Of a DNA stretch of 64,000 nt, positions 12,945 to 24,414 are shown piece by piece; the stretch's first letter is position 1, and every line of letters starts with the position of its first letter. The stretch spans positions 29,202,001 through 29,266,000 of the forward strand of contig OX597815.1 in the NCBI GenBank assembly GCA_951406725.2. Direction: 5' to 3'. The position numbers and the translations under genes are program-made. The notes below the pieces were generated by a model. It ran no database searches, was not told the DNA's origin, and saw nothing but the letters and a program-made list of their open reading frames with translations. This stretch comes from Octopus vulgaris (taxonomy: Eukaryota).

Positions 12945-13132
12945 GGTTGCCTAGGTAATAAAAACTATCTACTACCTCCAGGAACCCTCCAGAGTATTTG
13001 AAAAAAAATCAATTTCCCATGCATCCTTAATTTTTTTATGGCACTTGTGCATCTTCCACATACAAACAGTACTTTCTGTGTTAATTTTTCTGTGATTCTC
13101 CTGCAACTCATGTATGCGCATAACTGTTGTCT
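12945..13132 (-). mobile_element. RTE LINE ORF2 fragment
   Basis: KVLFVCGRCTSAI and LEVVDSFYYLG match KIVFVCGRCSGAI and LEIVDSFRYLG of the 49252-50307 ORF. Confidence 0.75.
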
Positions 13133-13134
13133 AT

Positions 13135-13775
13135 GAAGAGTGTACACTGTACCTCCCAACCAGCATGAGCGTTTTTCACCTGCGCCTTCTCCTCCAGGAC
13201 GTTTTCGGCCCACAAAGCTTTTGAGACATAAGAACTGTTGATGGTGAATTATGTGACACTTTTTGGGAAGCCTGCTTCAAATGTGGACTTTTCGAGGACG
13301 ATTCACAATGGGGCGCCACTATGGCTGAGGGTGTTTTATTAAAATCTCCTAAAAGACTAAGATCGCTTTTCGCTATTCTACTCCTATGGTGTGACTTGGG
13401 TGATCCTGTCTCTTTATGGCTTACCTACAAAGATTACATGTCTGAAGATTTCCTGTATCAGGCTCAGTTGCTAAATCCATCAATGGAGGTCAGGTACAGT
13501 GACCTCATTTACAACAGCGCTGCTTGAAATCGAAGATACCGTTCACAATATAGGTGGTAGTGTGTTGGCGCTGAATAACCTACCTTCAACAAACCAGGAA
13601 GGTGCAAACATACTGTCTTCGGATTTGCTGCGTGACACATGTTATAATGTTGACGAGCTTGCCCAGTACATAGCGGAGAATGAGCCAAAGCTCCTTCCAC
13701 AACAGAAGTTCGCTTAAATTCTGTTATTAATTCTGTCCAGGACAAAGCTGGAGGAGATTTTTTTCCTCGACGCTG
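13135..13775 (+). mobile_element. Helitron RepHel fragment (Rep-to-PIF1 linker region)
   Basis: LRLLLQDVFGPQSF*DIRTVDGELCDTFWEAC..GLFEDDSQW..SPKRLRSLFAILLLWC..LW..YKDYMSED, ending near GGxFFLDA just before the helicase Walker A motif; frameshifted. Confidence 0.9.
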
Positions 13776-14297
13776 CGACATATGGTGAGTAGATGCTATT
13801 GTTGTATATTTTCAAACTTACCCATATTTATTTATCCATGACTAATCCCCCTCTTTTCTCCATGGGGCATCTATCTATTCTGTTTTCACAGAGCATGAAG
13901 TTTTGTAACAGCACGTCCACTGCCGTTGGTGGAAAACGAAGACACCATATTTACCTGCAAACGTTTTACACAGCCTTCTAGGACTACCTACCAAATTATT
14001 ACAATTGTGAGAACGATAACACAGCTTTTTCAGGACCACCTCACATTCTATTGTTACCCCCTTCTGAGAGTTTGCGAAGTTCTTTGTAGGGCTTTTGATC
14101 CAGCCTCCCCTCGCACCTGTGCCGGTGGCAAGTAAAAAGCACCCACTACACTCACGGAGTGGTTGGCGTTAGGAAGAGCATCCAGCTGTAGAAACACTGC
14201 CAGATCAGACTGGAGCCTGGTGCAGCCTCCTGGTTATCTCGACCCCGGTCGAACCGCCCAACCCATGGAAAACGGACGTTAAACGATAATGATGATA

Positions 14298-14810
14298 CCG
14301 TAAATCCTCGAGTATAATCCGCATTTTTTTCTCAAAATTTGAAGGTCAAAATCCCTAGTGCGTACTATATACAAGGTTAAAAATGAAAATTATTTTCTAA
14401 ACAATGTCCGAGTCTCTATTTGCTGTCCGTCGATGTTTATTCAGACGCATTTTGTGATGTCGGGCGTGAAAATACCTTATGCTAAGCCTGAAAACAATGA
14501 AGTCATAACAGAATCGTCCATAACATGCAGTAAGCAACATTTAGTAAACGTTATTACTGTTATTTCTTTATTTTCTGCAAACAAAATGCATCAAAAAGCT
14601 ACACGCTTGTATTATGTTATATGTACAATAATAAAAAAAGGACGTTACCATATACATTTTTACAAACCAAGGACGTTATATAGACCTCCTTGACTCCAGT
14701 TAGAGAAAGGGTGCGTATTATACACAAGGTTTAGATTTTTCAGAGGTACAGTCCCCTAAAAATCCCCTGCGTATTATACTCAATAGCGGACTATACTCGA
14801 GGATTTACGG
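14298..14810. mobile_element. Tc2/pogo-type MITE
   Basis: TIR CCGTAAATCCTCGAGTATA at both ends; TA flanks. Confidence 0.9.
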
Positions 14811-14819
14811 TATATATGT

Positions 14820-14856
<37 letters not shown>

Positions 14857-16389
14857 TTTTTATCATAATCTTTAATCGTTTTCGAGAGGTATTGTTTTGG
14901 AAAGAAAGGGTTCGACTCATAGTCATCTTAAAGAATTATAGTGGTAGGGGAGAGGAATATGAGAAAAGAAAACAGAAAGAGGAATGAAACGAGCTTCGCT
15001 GTTAACTGGAAATTCCAAAAGTCGTAAATATATATTCTACGCAGTATGTTTTAAGACAACTCAGCTGAACACGTATGGAATAAAATACTTGTGACAATTG
15101 ACACGTTTTACATTCAATACGTAACGTATTCAAGAATTGGAAACATGAGTCAGCAAGGGAGACTCTACGCGGTCGAGCCGTCTGGTCTGCCTGCTATAGT
15201 AACGAAATCTCCCTCAAATTTACACGCTATTATTTCAAATAAAAGAAGGATAGGCATACATACACAAGTGTACCCTACCGCAAAATTCGTTTCCTCGTAT
15301 CTTTAGGAAAAGTGGATATTTTTTTAATGAAATTTTCTGTAAATACTTTCCAAATGGTGGAGATTACGATTATATCGAAATTTAACGTGGAAAAAAGATG
15401 GTGGACTCGCGTACATACATAATGACACACACACTTATAATGAAACCTGAAATTATGTTAAAATTGTGGTATTTGTCAGTCAGTATGTATGTGCCCACCA
15501 TACATACATATATATATATTGTCATAAGGAACTTATAGAAAATTTCATTGAAAAATACCAAGTTTTCTGTAAATCATAAAGAAACTGTGTAGGAGTGGGA
15601 CACAGGTATGCTGAATAATGCATTAATCACGATAAGTAGTCCCTAACGTACATAAATGTTGGGATGGTCGCGACTGGAACGCTTTTAATTATAGACCTGC
15701 TTAATAATAGATGACCTGAGACAATACAACATAAAAATATCAAGAACTGACAGCAAAACACCTCAGAACGTCCTCATATTTTAAACGTAAAAGTTACACA
15801 CACACATCAATCCTATCTGCAGTCAGGATGTCTGGGAATTTCATCTACTTGAAATATTATATAATACCTCTTTATGAGCAAATGTTATTGCCAGTAATGA
15901 GGTACAAACTAACCCCAAAATGCGCAGTATTCGATGACGTGGTGTTGGTGATAATTTTTTTTAAATATATAGGCGCAGGAGTGGCTGTGTGGTAAGTAGC
16001 TTGTTTACCAACCACATGGTTCCGGGTTCAGTCCCAGTGCGTGGCACCTTGGGCAAGTGTCTTCTACTATAGCCCCGGGCCGACCAAAGCCTTGTGAGTG
16101 GAATTTAGGTAGACGGAAACTGAAAGAAGCCCGTCGTATATATGTACATATATATATATGCGTGCGTGTGTTTGTGTGTCTGTGTTTGTCCCCCTAGTAT
16201 TGCTTGACAACCGATGCTGATGTGTTTATGTGTTTACTTAACGGTTCGGCAAAAGAGACCGGAATAAGTACTGGGCTTACAAAAGAATAAGTCCCGGGGT
16301 CGATTTGCTCGATTAAAAGGCGGTGCTCCAGCATGGCCGCAGTCAAATGACTGAAACAAGTAAAAGAGAGCAAAAGAGTAAGATAAATG

Positions 16390-16484
16390 GGATCTTTTCA
16401 CTTTGACCGGCAGATTTTTAAAATAATTTCTTGGTAAACTAAACACTTTTAAACTTCGTTCTGTCGGTCAAAGTGAAAAGATCC
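16390..16484. mobile_element. 95-bp Merlin-like mini-MITE
   Basis: TIR GGATCTTTTCACTTTGACCG; flanks GATAAATG / GATAATTT (6/8). Confidence 0.7.
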
Positions 16485-16890
16485 GATAATTTTTTTTAAA
16501 TTTCGAAACCCTGATTTGCAATTAGATAGAAAATCACTTATACTCTAATAACACAATTTCTTCGGCAATTCTCCCCCACCAAACTGTATGGTGGGGGGAG
16601 CACTTGTAAAACTTTAAACAAATGGCAGTCATCAACATAATCTATCCAGAGGAGCCGATTTCAAAAGGTCCGGCATTGTACCCAAATTAAAAGAAGCAAG
16701 TAATTTGAAACAACAGAAGAGCAATTTCAAACTATTGCTTGGAGAAAAAAATCCTCTCCTTCTTTCTTTGTTCCTTTTTACTTTTACTTTTATTTCACTT
16801 TCTTTTATCAGTCATTTCCGTTTTCTAAGAATAAGCAAATTTGGTCAAAAAGATTTTAAGACGCAGTTCGTTGATGTCATTGTTTCATTG

Positions 16891-17280
16891 GGAAATTTTC
16901 GATGGCGTGAATTTCCCGTTAATTTTGAGACTGATATTCAACTCAATTTTTTTTAAGCGAAGTAATAACAGGAAGCAGTGACGTAGATAGGTTTTTTTTC
17001 CTGGCGTTACACACACCTCTTAATTTAAAAGTGGAAATCCTTTCAACTAAATGACCGGCTGCATCTACAAACGTAATAAAAATTTGATTCAAGGGGAAAT
17101 TTTCGGTGGCGTGAATTTCCCGTTAATTTTGAGACTCAATTTTTTAAAGAGAAGTAATAACAGGAAGCAGTGACGTACATAGGTCTTTTTCCTGGCGTTA
17201 CACACACCTCTTAATTTAAAAGTAGAAATCCTTTCAACTAAATGACCGGCTGCATCTACAAACGTAATAAAAATATTGAC
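16891..17280. repeat. tandem duplication of a ~190-200-bp unit
   Basis: 16891-17088 and 17095-17280 are nearly identical. Confidence 0.9.
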
Positions 17281-17773
17281 CATAGCTTGAACAAATATGG
17301 CGAAATATATACTGGGTTTAATTGACAATAAGTTTATTAATTCTTTTTCGAAGATTTAGAACTTTGTTTGGTAAAAGATGAGAACTATTAAATCAAAATA
17401 AAAAAAAAAAACGCTAACACATTTTACATTGTTTATTGTAATAGGAAAGTGAACAGATCCTAGTTGTAAATACTGATACTAGCCGGGAATTTGAAAAAGT
17501 TGTTTCATAAAACTTAATGATGGGAAAACAGGAGTAATAAATATGCCTTAAGGCGGCGAACTGGCAGACTCGTTAGCACGCCGGGCAAAATGTTTAGCAA
17601 CATTTCGTCTCTCTTTACGTTCTGAGGTCGAATTTGCCTTTTATTATTTCGGGGTTGATAAAATAAATACCAGTACTGAGGTCAATGTAATCGACTTAGA
17701 AGTCCCCCGAAATTGCTGGCCTTGTGCCAAAATCTGAAACCAATAAATACGTTTACATTTCAGAAAAAATGTA

Positions 17774-18623
17774 GGATCTTTTCGGTTTGAACGGCAGTTT
17801 TTAACATAATTTCTAGGTAACTAAAAAAATTCTAACTTCGTATACTGGTAGAATGTGTTTATAAAACATCTTTTTCTCTTGGCTTTATTGAGAAAATCCT
17901 ATGGTTTGTATGATATTTGTTGGGGTTTTTTCTTCAATTTCTGCAATTTCAACCAATCAATGACATCCATTGAGGTAAAAAAACGGCAATCTTTCGTCTC
18001 TAGTAGACCTTTCCGTCGATTTCCGTAAATTTTTTTTTTTTTACATATGGGCTTGCGGGAACTTTTGAAGTAATGAGAGCGAAAGAGACTAAGAGAAAGC
18101 GATTGTATGACGAGGGAAGTTCTTTTGAAGTTACCGTGCATGTGAAGCATTGATGTACATGTGTGTGTGTGTGCGTGTGTGTTTGATGGGGTGTGGGAGA
18201 CAGACAGTATGTTGTGTAAGTGAAGTGCTTCTGTTAGTGTGTGTGTGAAGAGACACAGTAATGTGTGAAAGAAAGAGATAACTGAAATTTTTTACTCGGT
18301 GTATGTGTATATGTATGTATATTACTTCAAAAGTTCCCGCAAGCCCATATGTAAAAAAAAAAAATTTTTTACGGAAATCGACGGAAAGGTCTACTAGAGG
18401 CGAAAGATCGCCAAAAAAACATTCTGTGCCGTATGAATATGTCCCTCGTTTAAGAAACAGATTGGGTTTATTTACATTTGTGAAGATACCCTCCCCCCAC
18501 TCCTAACCCTAACCAACCCAAAAACAGATTGAAATGCAATAGATCGATACTAGGGTCATAATTATGGGTGACAATTTCATATGACACCGCTAGAAAAAAC
18601 TGCCGTTCAAACCGAAAAGATCC
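17774..18623. mobile_element. Merlin-like MITE (GGATCTTTTCGG family) with a nested insertion
   Basis: TIR GGATCTTTTCGGTTTGAACGGCAGTTTT; perfect 8-bp TSD AAAATGTA. Confidence 0.9.
17985..18412. mobile_element. Merlin-like MITE (GGCAATC/GGCGATC family), nested
   Basis: ~90-bp TIRs; perfect 8-bp TSD AAAAAAAC. Confidence 0.9.
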
Positions 18624-20837
18624 AAAATGTAATTTGAAAGATTTGAATCGTTTAGGGGATTCTCGAAAGAAACAGTAAAGCTTGAAATACTATTCCTATG
18701 GTCACGCAACCATCAAATTATTTCTAGGGAAGTATCTGCGAGAGTAACAGTTGATTCTTATTAACGGTTATTTACGTAGAGTGTTATTATATGACTATGT
18801 ATCTATTTAAACAATAAGTACTGATTATTCTCTCATAGAAAGAGTTGTAAATGAATTTATAAAATGTAAATTGAAAATTATAAAAACGAATCATCTAAAA
18901 CAAAGCCTTTTTTTAAAACAAAATGCTATAAAGACACCATATTGAGCTGGACATGCAAGTATGTGTGAATGCATGTATTTATGTATGTATGACCTATAAC
19001 TTAAAGTATTTGTGTTTGCCCTCCACCCACAACTGCTTGGCAGGTGGTGTTGGTTTGTTTACGTTCCCGAAACTTAGCAGTTCAGAAAATGAAACAGATA
19101 GATTAAGTACTAGGTTTTAAAAAATAGCACTGAGACAGTTTGATAGTCTGATCCCTTTAAGACGGTATCCTAAAATGGAATGTCTTAAAGGGATCAATTT
19201 CTTTTATTACCCACAAGGGGCTTATTTAGCCCCTTGTGGGTAATAAAAAAAATTGATCAGTTTAAGACGATATTCCATGTTAGGATACCGTCTTAAAGGG
19301 ATCAGTCTATCAATAAGTGAAACAAATTAAATACAATTTATGAAAGCACGGGTAGCAACTGAGGCAGAAAAAAAGAATCACCTACAAAAAAAAAATCAAA
19401 GGCGCAACGATTGCTAACATTATCGAGAAAAAAACATTCAACAAGCACGTTTTTCTTGCACATTTGAAGTTTGTTCATTAAATATTGATTTTATTTTAGA
19501 AAGGTACAAGCCAAGAAAAGTTGAAGTGACAGTCGATTAAATCGACTGTACTACTTGCCCGATTCGTTTAAGTCTAACGTTTTTTATCTATTTTCTTCTC
19601 ACGCTATTTTTTAAAACGCACTTCGAGTTTTTGATTTGAACCTCTAATTCTGAGGATTTTTTTTGAAACTCGGAATTTGCATTTTTTTTTCTTTTAGCCA
19701 AAAACTAACTATGGTTAATGGATCACAAAATAAATCATCTTTTCGTATAAATATACATACTTTTTGCCCTTAATAACTTGAAACAAGGGCATTTAAATTT
19801 GAATAAAAACATTTAGATATTTCTTCTGTCTTGACGTTCTGATATCAAATGCCGCCGAAGTTTCATTGACCATTTGACTTACCTATTTCTTTACTACTCA
19901 CAAGGGGCTAAACACAGAGAGGACAAACAAGGACAGACAAACGGATTAAGTCGATCATATCGACCTCAGTGTGTAACTGGTACTTATTTAATCGACCCCG
20001 AAAGGATGATAGGCAAAGTCGACCTCGGCGGAATTTGAACTCAGAACGTAGCGGCAGATATGACCATTTGACTTACCCTCTCCCCTAAAATTCTGGCCTT
20101 GTACCCAAATTTGAAATAATTGTTGAATCCACATGCATTATTTCGAAAACACAGCAAGTACAAAATGTTCATGTTCTTCATTCAGATTATTTATAAATAC
20201 ATTTATACAACATCCCATGCTTTTCGTATGCAAACGGGTGAGACAGGCTTAAACGAGTAAGCACTCATTTTATCTACTCCGAAAGGATAAAAGTCAACCT
20301 TAGCAGGATTCGAACTTTGAACGCAAAGGCATGGCAACAAAAATAGAAGGACTTCTGTCAGCCACTCCACTGATTCCGCCAATCCATGACCCCTTTATAT
20401 CTTGTTACATTACAATAATAAATAGAACAATCAGGTGGCTTGTAAATAATAAAAGGTAATCTTATACAATAGCGTCGGAAATTATCGGGGGAGTGGGGGG
20501 GGGGACAAAATTTGTAATTTCTTTGGACTTGTATGTCTTAATTATCGGAGATTACTATTCTGAAAAGAGATTTTCCCCTCCCTCTCATTCCGTAACTTCT
20601 ACATGTTTTGTCTTTTTTTTTTCTTTTAAGAATATCGGAGTTTACGATCGTTTCAATCATTTGACAGCGGCCATGATGGAGCACTGCATTTAGACGAACA
20701 AATCGACCCCACGACTCATTCTTTGTAAGCCTAATACTTATTCCGTCGGTATAGTTTGTCGTTACGGGGACGTAAACACACCAACATCGGTTGTCAAGCG
20801 ACGGTAGGGAGACAAACACAGACATATATATATATGT

Positions 20838-20988
20838 GGCGATCCTTCGGTATAAGTACCGTAAGTGGCTTTGTTTACATTTCTGAAGATAACAGAAAAC
20901 CTTTTCTCTCACCCCCCACCCCTAACCCCCCATATATATAAAAAAAAAAACACTTTCTTGGAATGTATCCGGTACTTATACCGAAGTT

Positions 20989-20993
<5 letters not shown>
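20838..20993. mobile_element. Merlin-like MITE inserted in a SINE A microsatellite
   Basis: Imperfect TIRs GGCGATCCTTCGGTATAAGTACCG / CGGTACTTATACCGAAGTTATGCC. Confidence 0.7.
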
Positions 20994-21027
<34 letters not shown>

Positions 21028-21470
21028 GACGGGCTTCTTTCAGTTTCGGTCTACCAAATTTACTCACAAGGCTTTGGTCGCCCCGACTATAGTAGACACT
21101 TGCCCAAGGTGCCAGGCAGTAGGACTGAACTCGGAACCATGTGGTTGGTAAGCAAGCTTACTTATCCAACACAGCCACTCCTATGGCTACGCGAAAAGAA
21201 ATTTCTAGAAGTTTATTTTTGGAAAATATATTTGTGATAAACATTTTCAGATTACTTTAATTACAAGAAGTCTAAGATCGTACTGTGCTTTCATTTTCTT
21301 TTAAATATACATTATGGGTAGTGAGTTGGCAGAGCGTCGACCAAAATACCTTGTGGTATTGTATTTGTTATGAGTTCAAAACCTGCAGAGGTCTACATTA
21401 CATTTTATCCCTCTGGAGGTCGATAAAGTAAAGTGTGAAACTAGTACTGAAGTCGATGTATCCGACTCTC

Positions 21471-21880
21471 GGATCTTTTCGGTTTGAACGGCAGTTTTTT
21501 TTCTAGCGGTGTCATATGAAATTGTCACCCATAATTATGACCCTAGTATCGATCTATTGCATTTCAATCTATTTCAGGGTTGGGGTTAGGGGTGGGGGAA
21601 GGATATCTTTTTTTTCTTCACAAATGTAAATGAACCCAATCTGTTTCTTAAACGAGGGACATATTCATACTGCACAGAATGTTTTTTATCTCAATAGACG
21701 TCATTGATTGGTTGAAATTGAAGAAAAACAACAACAAATATCTTACAAACCATAGAATTTTCTCAATAAAGCCAAGAGAAAAAGATGTTTTATAAACACA
21801 TTCTACCAGTATACGAAGTTTAAAATTTTTTAGTTACCTAGAAATTATGTTAAAAACTGCCGTTCAAACCGAAAAGATCC
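21471..21880. mobile_element. Merlin-like MITE (GGATCTTTTCGG family)
   Basis: Both TIRs intact; opposite orientation to 17774; no TSD preserved. Confidence 0.9.
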
Positions 21881-22618
21881 CTGCTGGCCTTGCGCCTAAA
21901 TTGGAAACGTAGACTATACATTAATTAATTATATGACTTGATAATTTTACCTCTACAAAATAATCCGAAAGAAATTCTTTCAATACATTTCTTCGACAGG
22001 CATTTTGCTAAGAAACTCCGAGAAAAAAAATTCACAATGAAACTCGGTCAAATAACCGAATTTGTAAAACAAAAAAAAAATATTTCCATATACTTAATTT
22101 CCGATGTTTAAAACCAAATGCCAAATGGTAAATTTATGAAGAGCAAAATTTAAAGCGGTTTTTTTTTTGTGGGGGGGGTGCATAATCATGATCTTTTATG
22201 TTTAAAACATACAAGTCCGAATATCTTTTTTTTTAATCATTGTGTAGGATACCCTCTATTTTTTAAGATGAATTGATTCATGATATTAATTACAACCAGT
22301 TTCTAGTAAGCAAGAAGCGCTCCACACTGTATGTACTCTAAATAATTAAGATGTACTCAGTGGATGTGCAGTTTGCTTAATAAAAAGTAATCATCCAGCA
22401 TGGTTGGCGGGAGGGAAGAAAGCGCCCGCAAACCGAAGACCTGACCCGAATACTTGCAAAAGCGTTGACCTCCGCTAAGGGACCGGAGTGGGGGTAGGTG
22501 GTGTTAAACCTCGTATACCAGATTGTCTACGAACCATATATATATATAGTGTGTGTGTGTAGTTACAGTTAGTGTCCTGCTTGAGATCGAATTAATTAGT
22601 CGTTGGAAATCAATGTTA

Positions 22619-22843
22619 GGCAATCTTTCGTCTCTAGTCTGTTAGGCAATCTTTCGTCTCTAGTCTGTTAGGCAATCTTTCGTCTCTAGTAGACCTTTCC
22701 GTCGATTTCCGTAAATTTTTTTTTTTTTTTACATATGGGCTTGCGGGAACTTTTGAAGTAATGAGAGCGAAAGAGACTAAGAGAAAGCGATTTTATGACG
22801 AGGGAAGTTCTTTTGAAGTTACCGTGCATGTGAAGCATTGATG

Positions 22844-22881
<38 letters not shown>

Positions 22882-23088
22882 ATGGTGTGTGGGAGACAGA
22901 CAGTATGTTGCGTGTGTGTGAAGAGACAGAGTAATGTGTGAAAGAAAGAGATAACTGAAATTTTTTACTCGGTGTATGTGTATATTGTATGTATATTACT
23001 TCAAAAGTTCCCGCAAGCCCATATGTAAAAAAAAAAAAAAATTTTTACGGAAATCGACGGAAAGGTCTACTAGATACGAAAGATCGCC
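22619..23088. mobile_element. Merlin-like MITE (GGCAATC family) with triplicated left end
   Basis: Near-identical to 17985-18412; TSD CAATGTTA / CCATGTTA. Confidence 0.9.
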
Positions 23089-24185
23089 CCATGTTATTTA
23101 TTAAACTGCATAGAATTACTCGTAAATATATTTTTACTTCTTTTTCCACTTCACCAACGAGAAGCCAAGAGATGCGATGATTACCGCGAACGATGACATG
23201 GCTGAGACGCAGAAACGGCCATGTTCCCGAAGTTTTAAAAAAAATTGTAAAAATAAAATTTCGTTGAGCAGGTTTTATGTGTAACGTGAAAAGAAATACC
23301 AATTTATATAATTAAAAGCAAAATATGACTATATAATAATCTTTTGTTGACGTTTCATAGTAAAATTTATTACATAACACTCAATTAAATTTGCCTATTC
23401 AGAAGTGCGAGTTATGTAACGAAAATCTCCCGCCATTGAGGCTAAAAAAAGAAAATCTAGTTATAGAACAGATTTATTCTTGAATGTACTAACTAGTAAT
23501 TTAACAGATAACCCAGGAGGAAACTTGCAGGAAAACTTATTTCTTTCATAGTTAGGAGATACTGAATAAAGCGTCAATGCGTAGAATATTATTTCATTCC
23601 TAATGATTATTGAAATGTAGTTATTTTTCTTAGACTGAATTTTCAACCTAAGGTGGTGAATTTTTTTTTCTTTTTTCCTGCTCACTCTTATGTATGTATT
23701 TAAGTATAAGGTTAACTGATAAAACTACACTACGAAACAATCTAACGATCAAAAACAGGCTGGACAAATTAATGATTAAATTTTTTTTATAGTAGTATAT
23801 ATAAGGTGTGTGTGTCTTAAAATGAATTTTCTATGCGTTATTTCGCATTTAGAACTCTTAAGCTTTATCTTTTTTCTTTTTTTTTTTTTCATTGATTCAA
23901 AACTCTTTAGAGTATGATAAACTACAGGGTATACTTTCAGTTTATGATCACAAATTGAAAGTGAACAAATTTTTGTAAACAACTGGCATTGAAATTCTGA
24001 AACATAACAGAATTTTTAAACGCCGAATCAAAATTTTCTTTTTTCTTATATTTTGTCTTCAGAAAAATTTATAGAAATCTCTATTGTTGAAAACAGGAAG
24101 ATATTTGGAGGTGAGAAAAAAAATTCAAGGCCTTGTATTTTAGTTGCATACTAACTAGAAGGCGCTATTCGACATGTGCCCCTAG

Positions 24186-24414
24186 GGCGATCATTCGGTA
24201 CTAGTAACATAACTGTCACTTATAAACCCACGTGGGTTTATTTACATTTCTGAAGAAAAAATATACCCTCCCCCACCCCACCCCTAACCCCATATATAAA
24301 AAAAAAATTAAAATTTTACGGAAAGTGAAACAAATACATGTGATGTATTTGTTTCACTTTCCGTAAAATTTTAATTTGCTGTGATGTAAATGGGACTCAT
24401 ATCGAAAGAATGCC
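24186..24414. mobile_element. Merlin-like MITE, decayed
   Basis: GGCGATCATTCG...CGAAAGAATGCC ends; TSD GCCCCTAG / GCCTCTAG; same internal module as 20838-20993. Confidence 0.65.
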
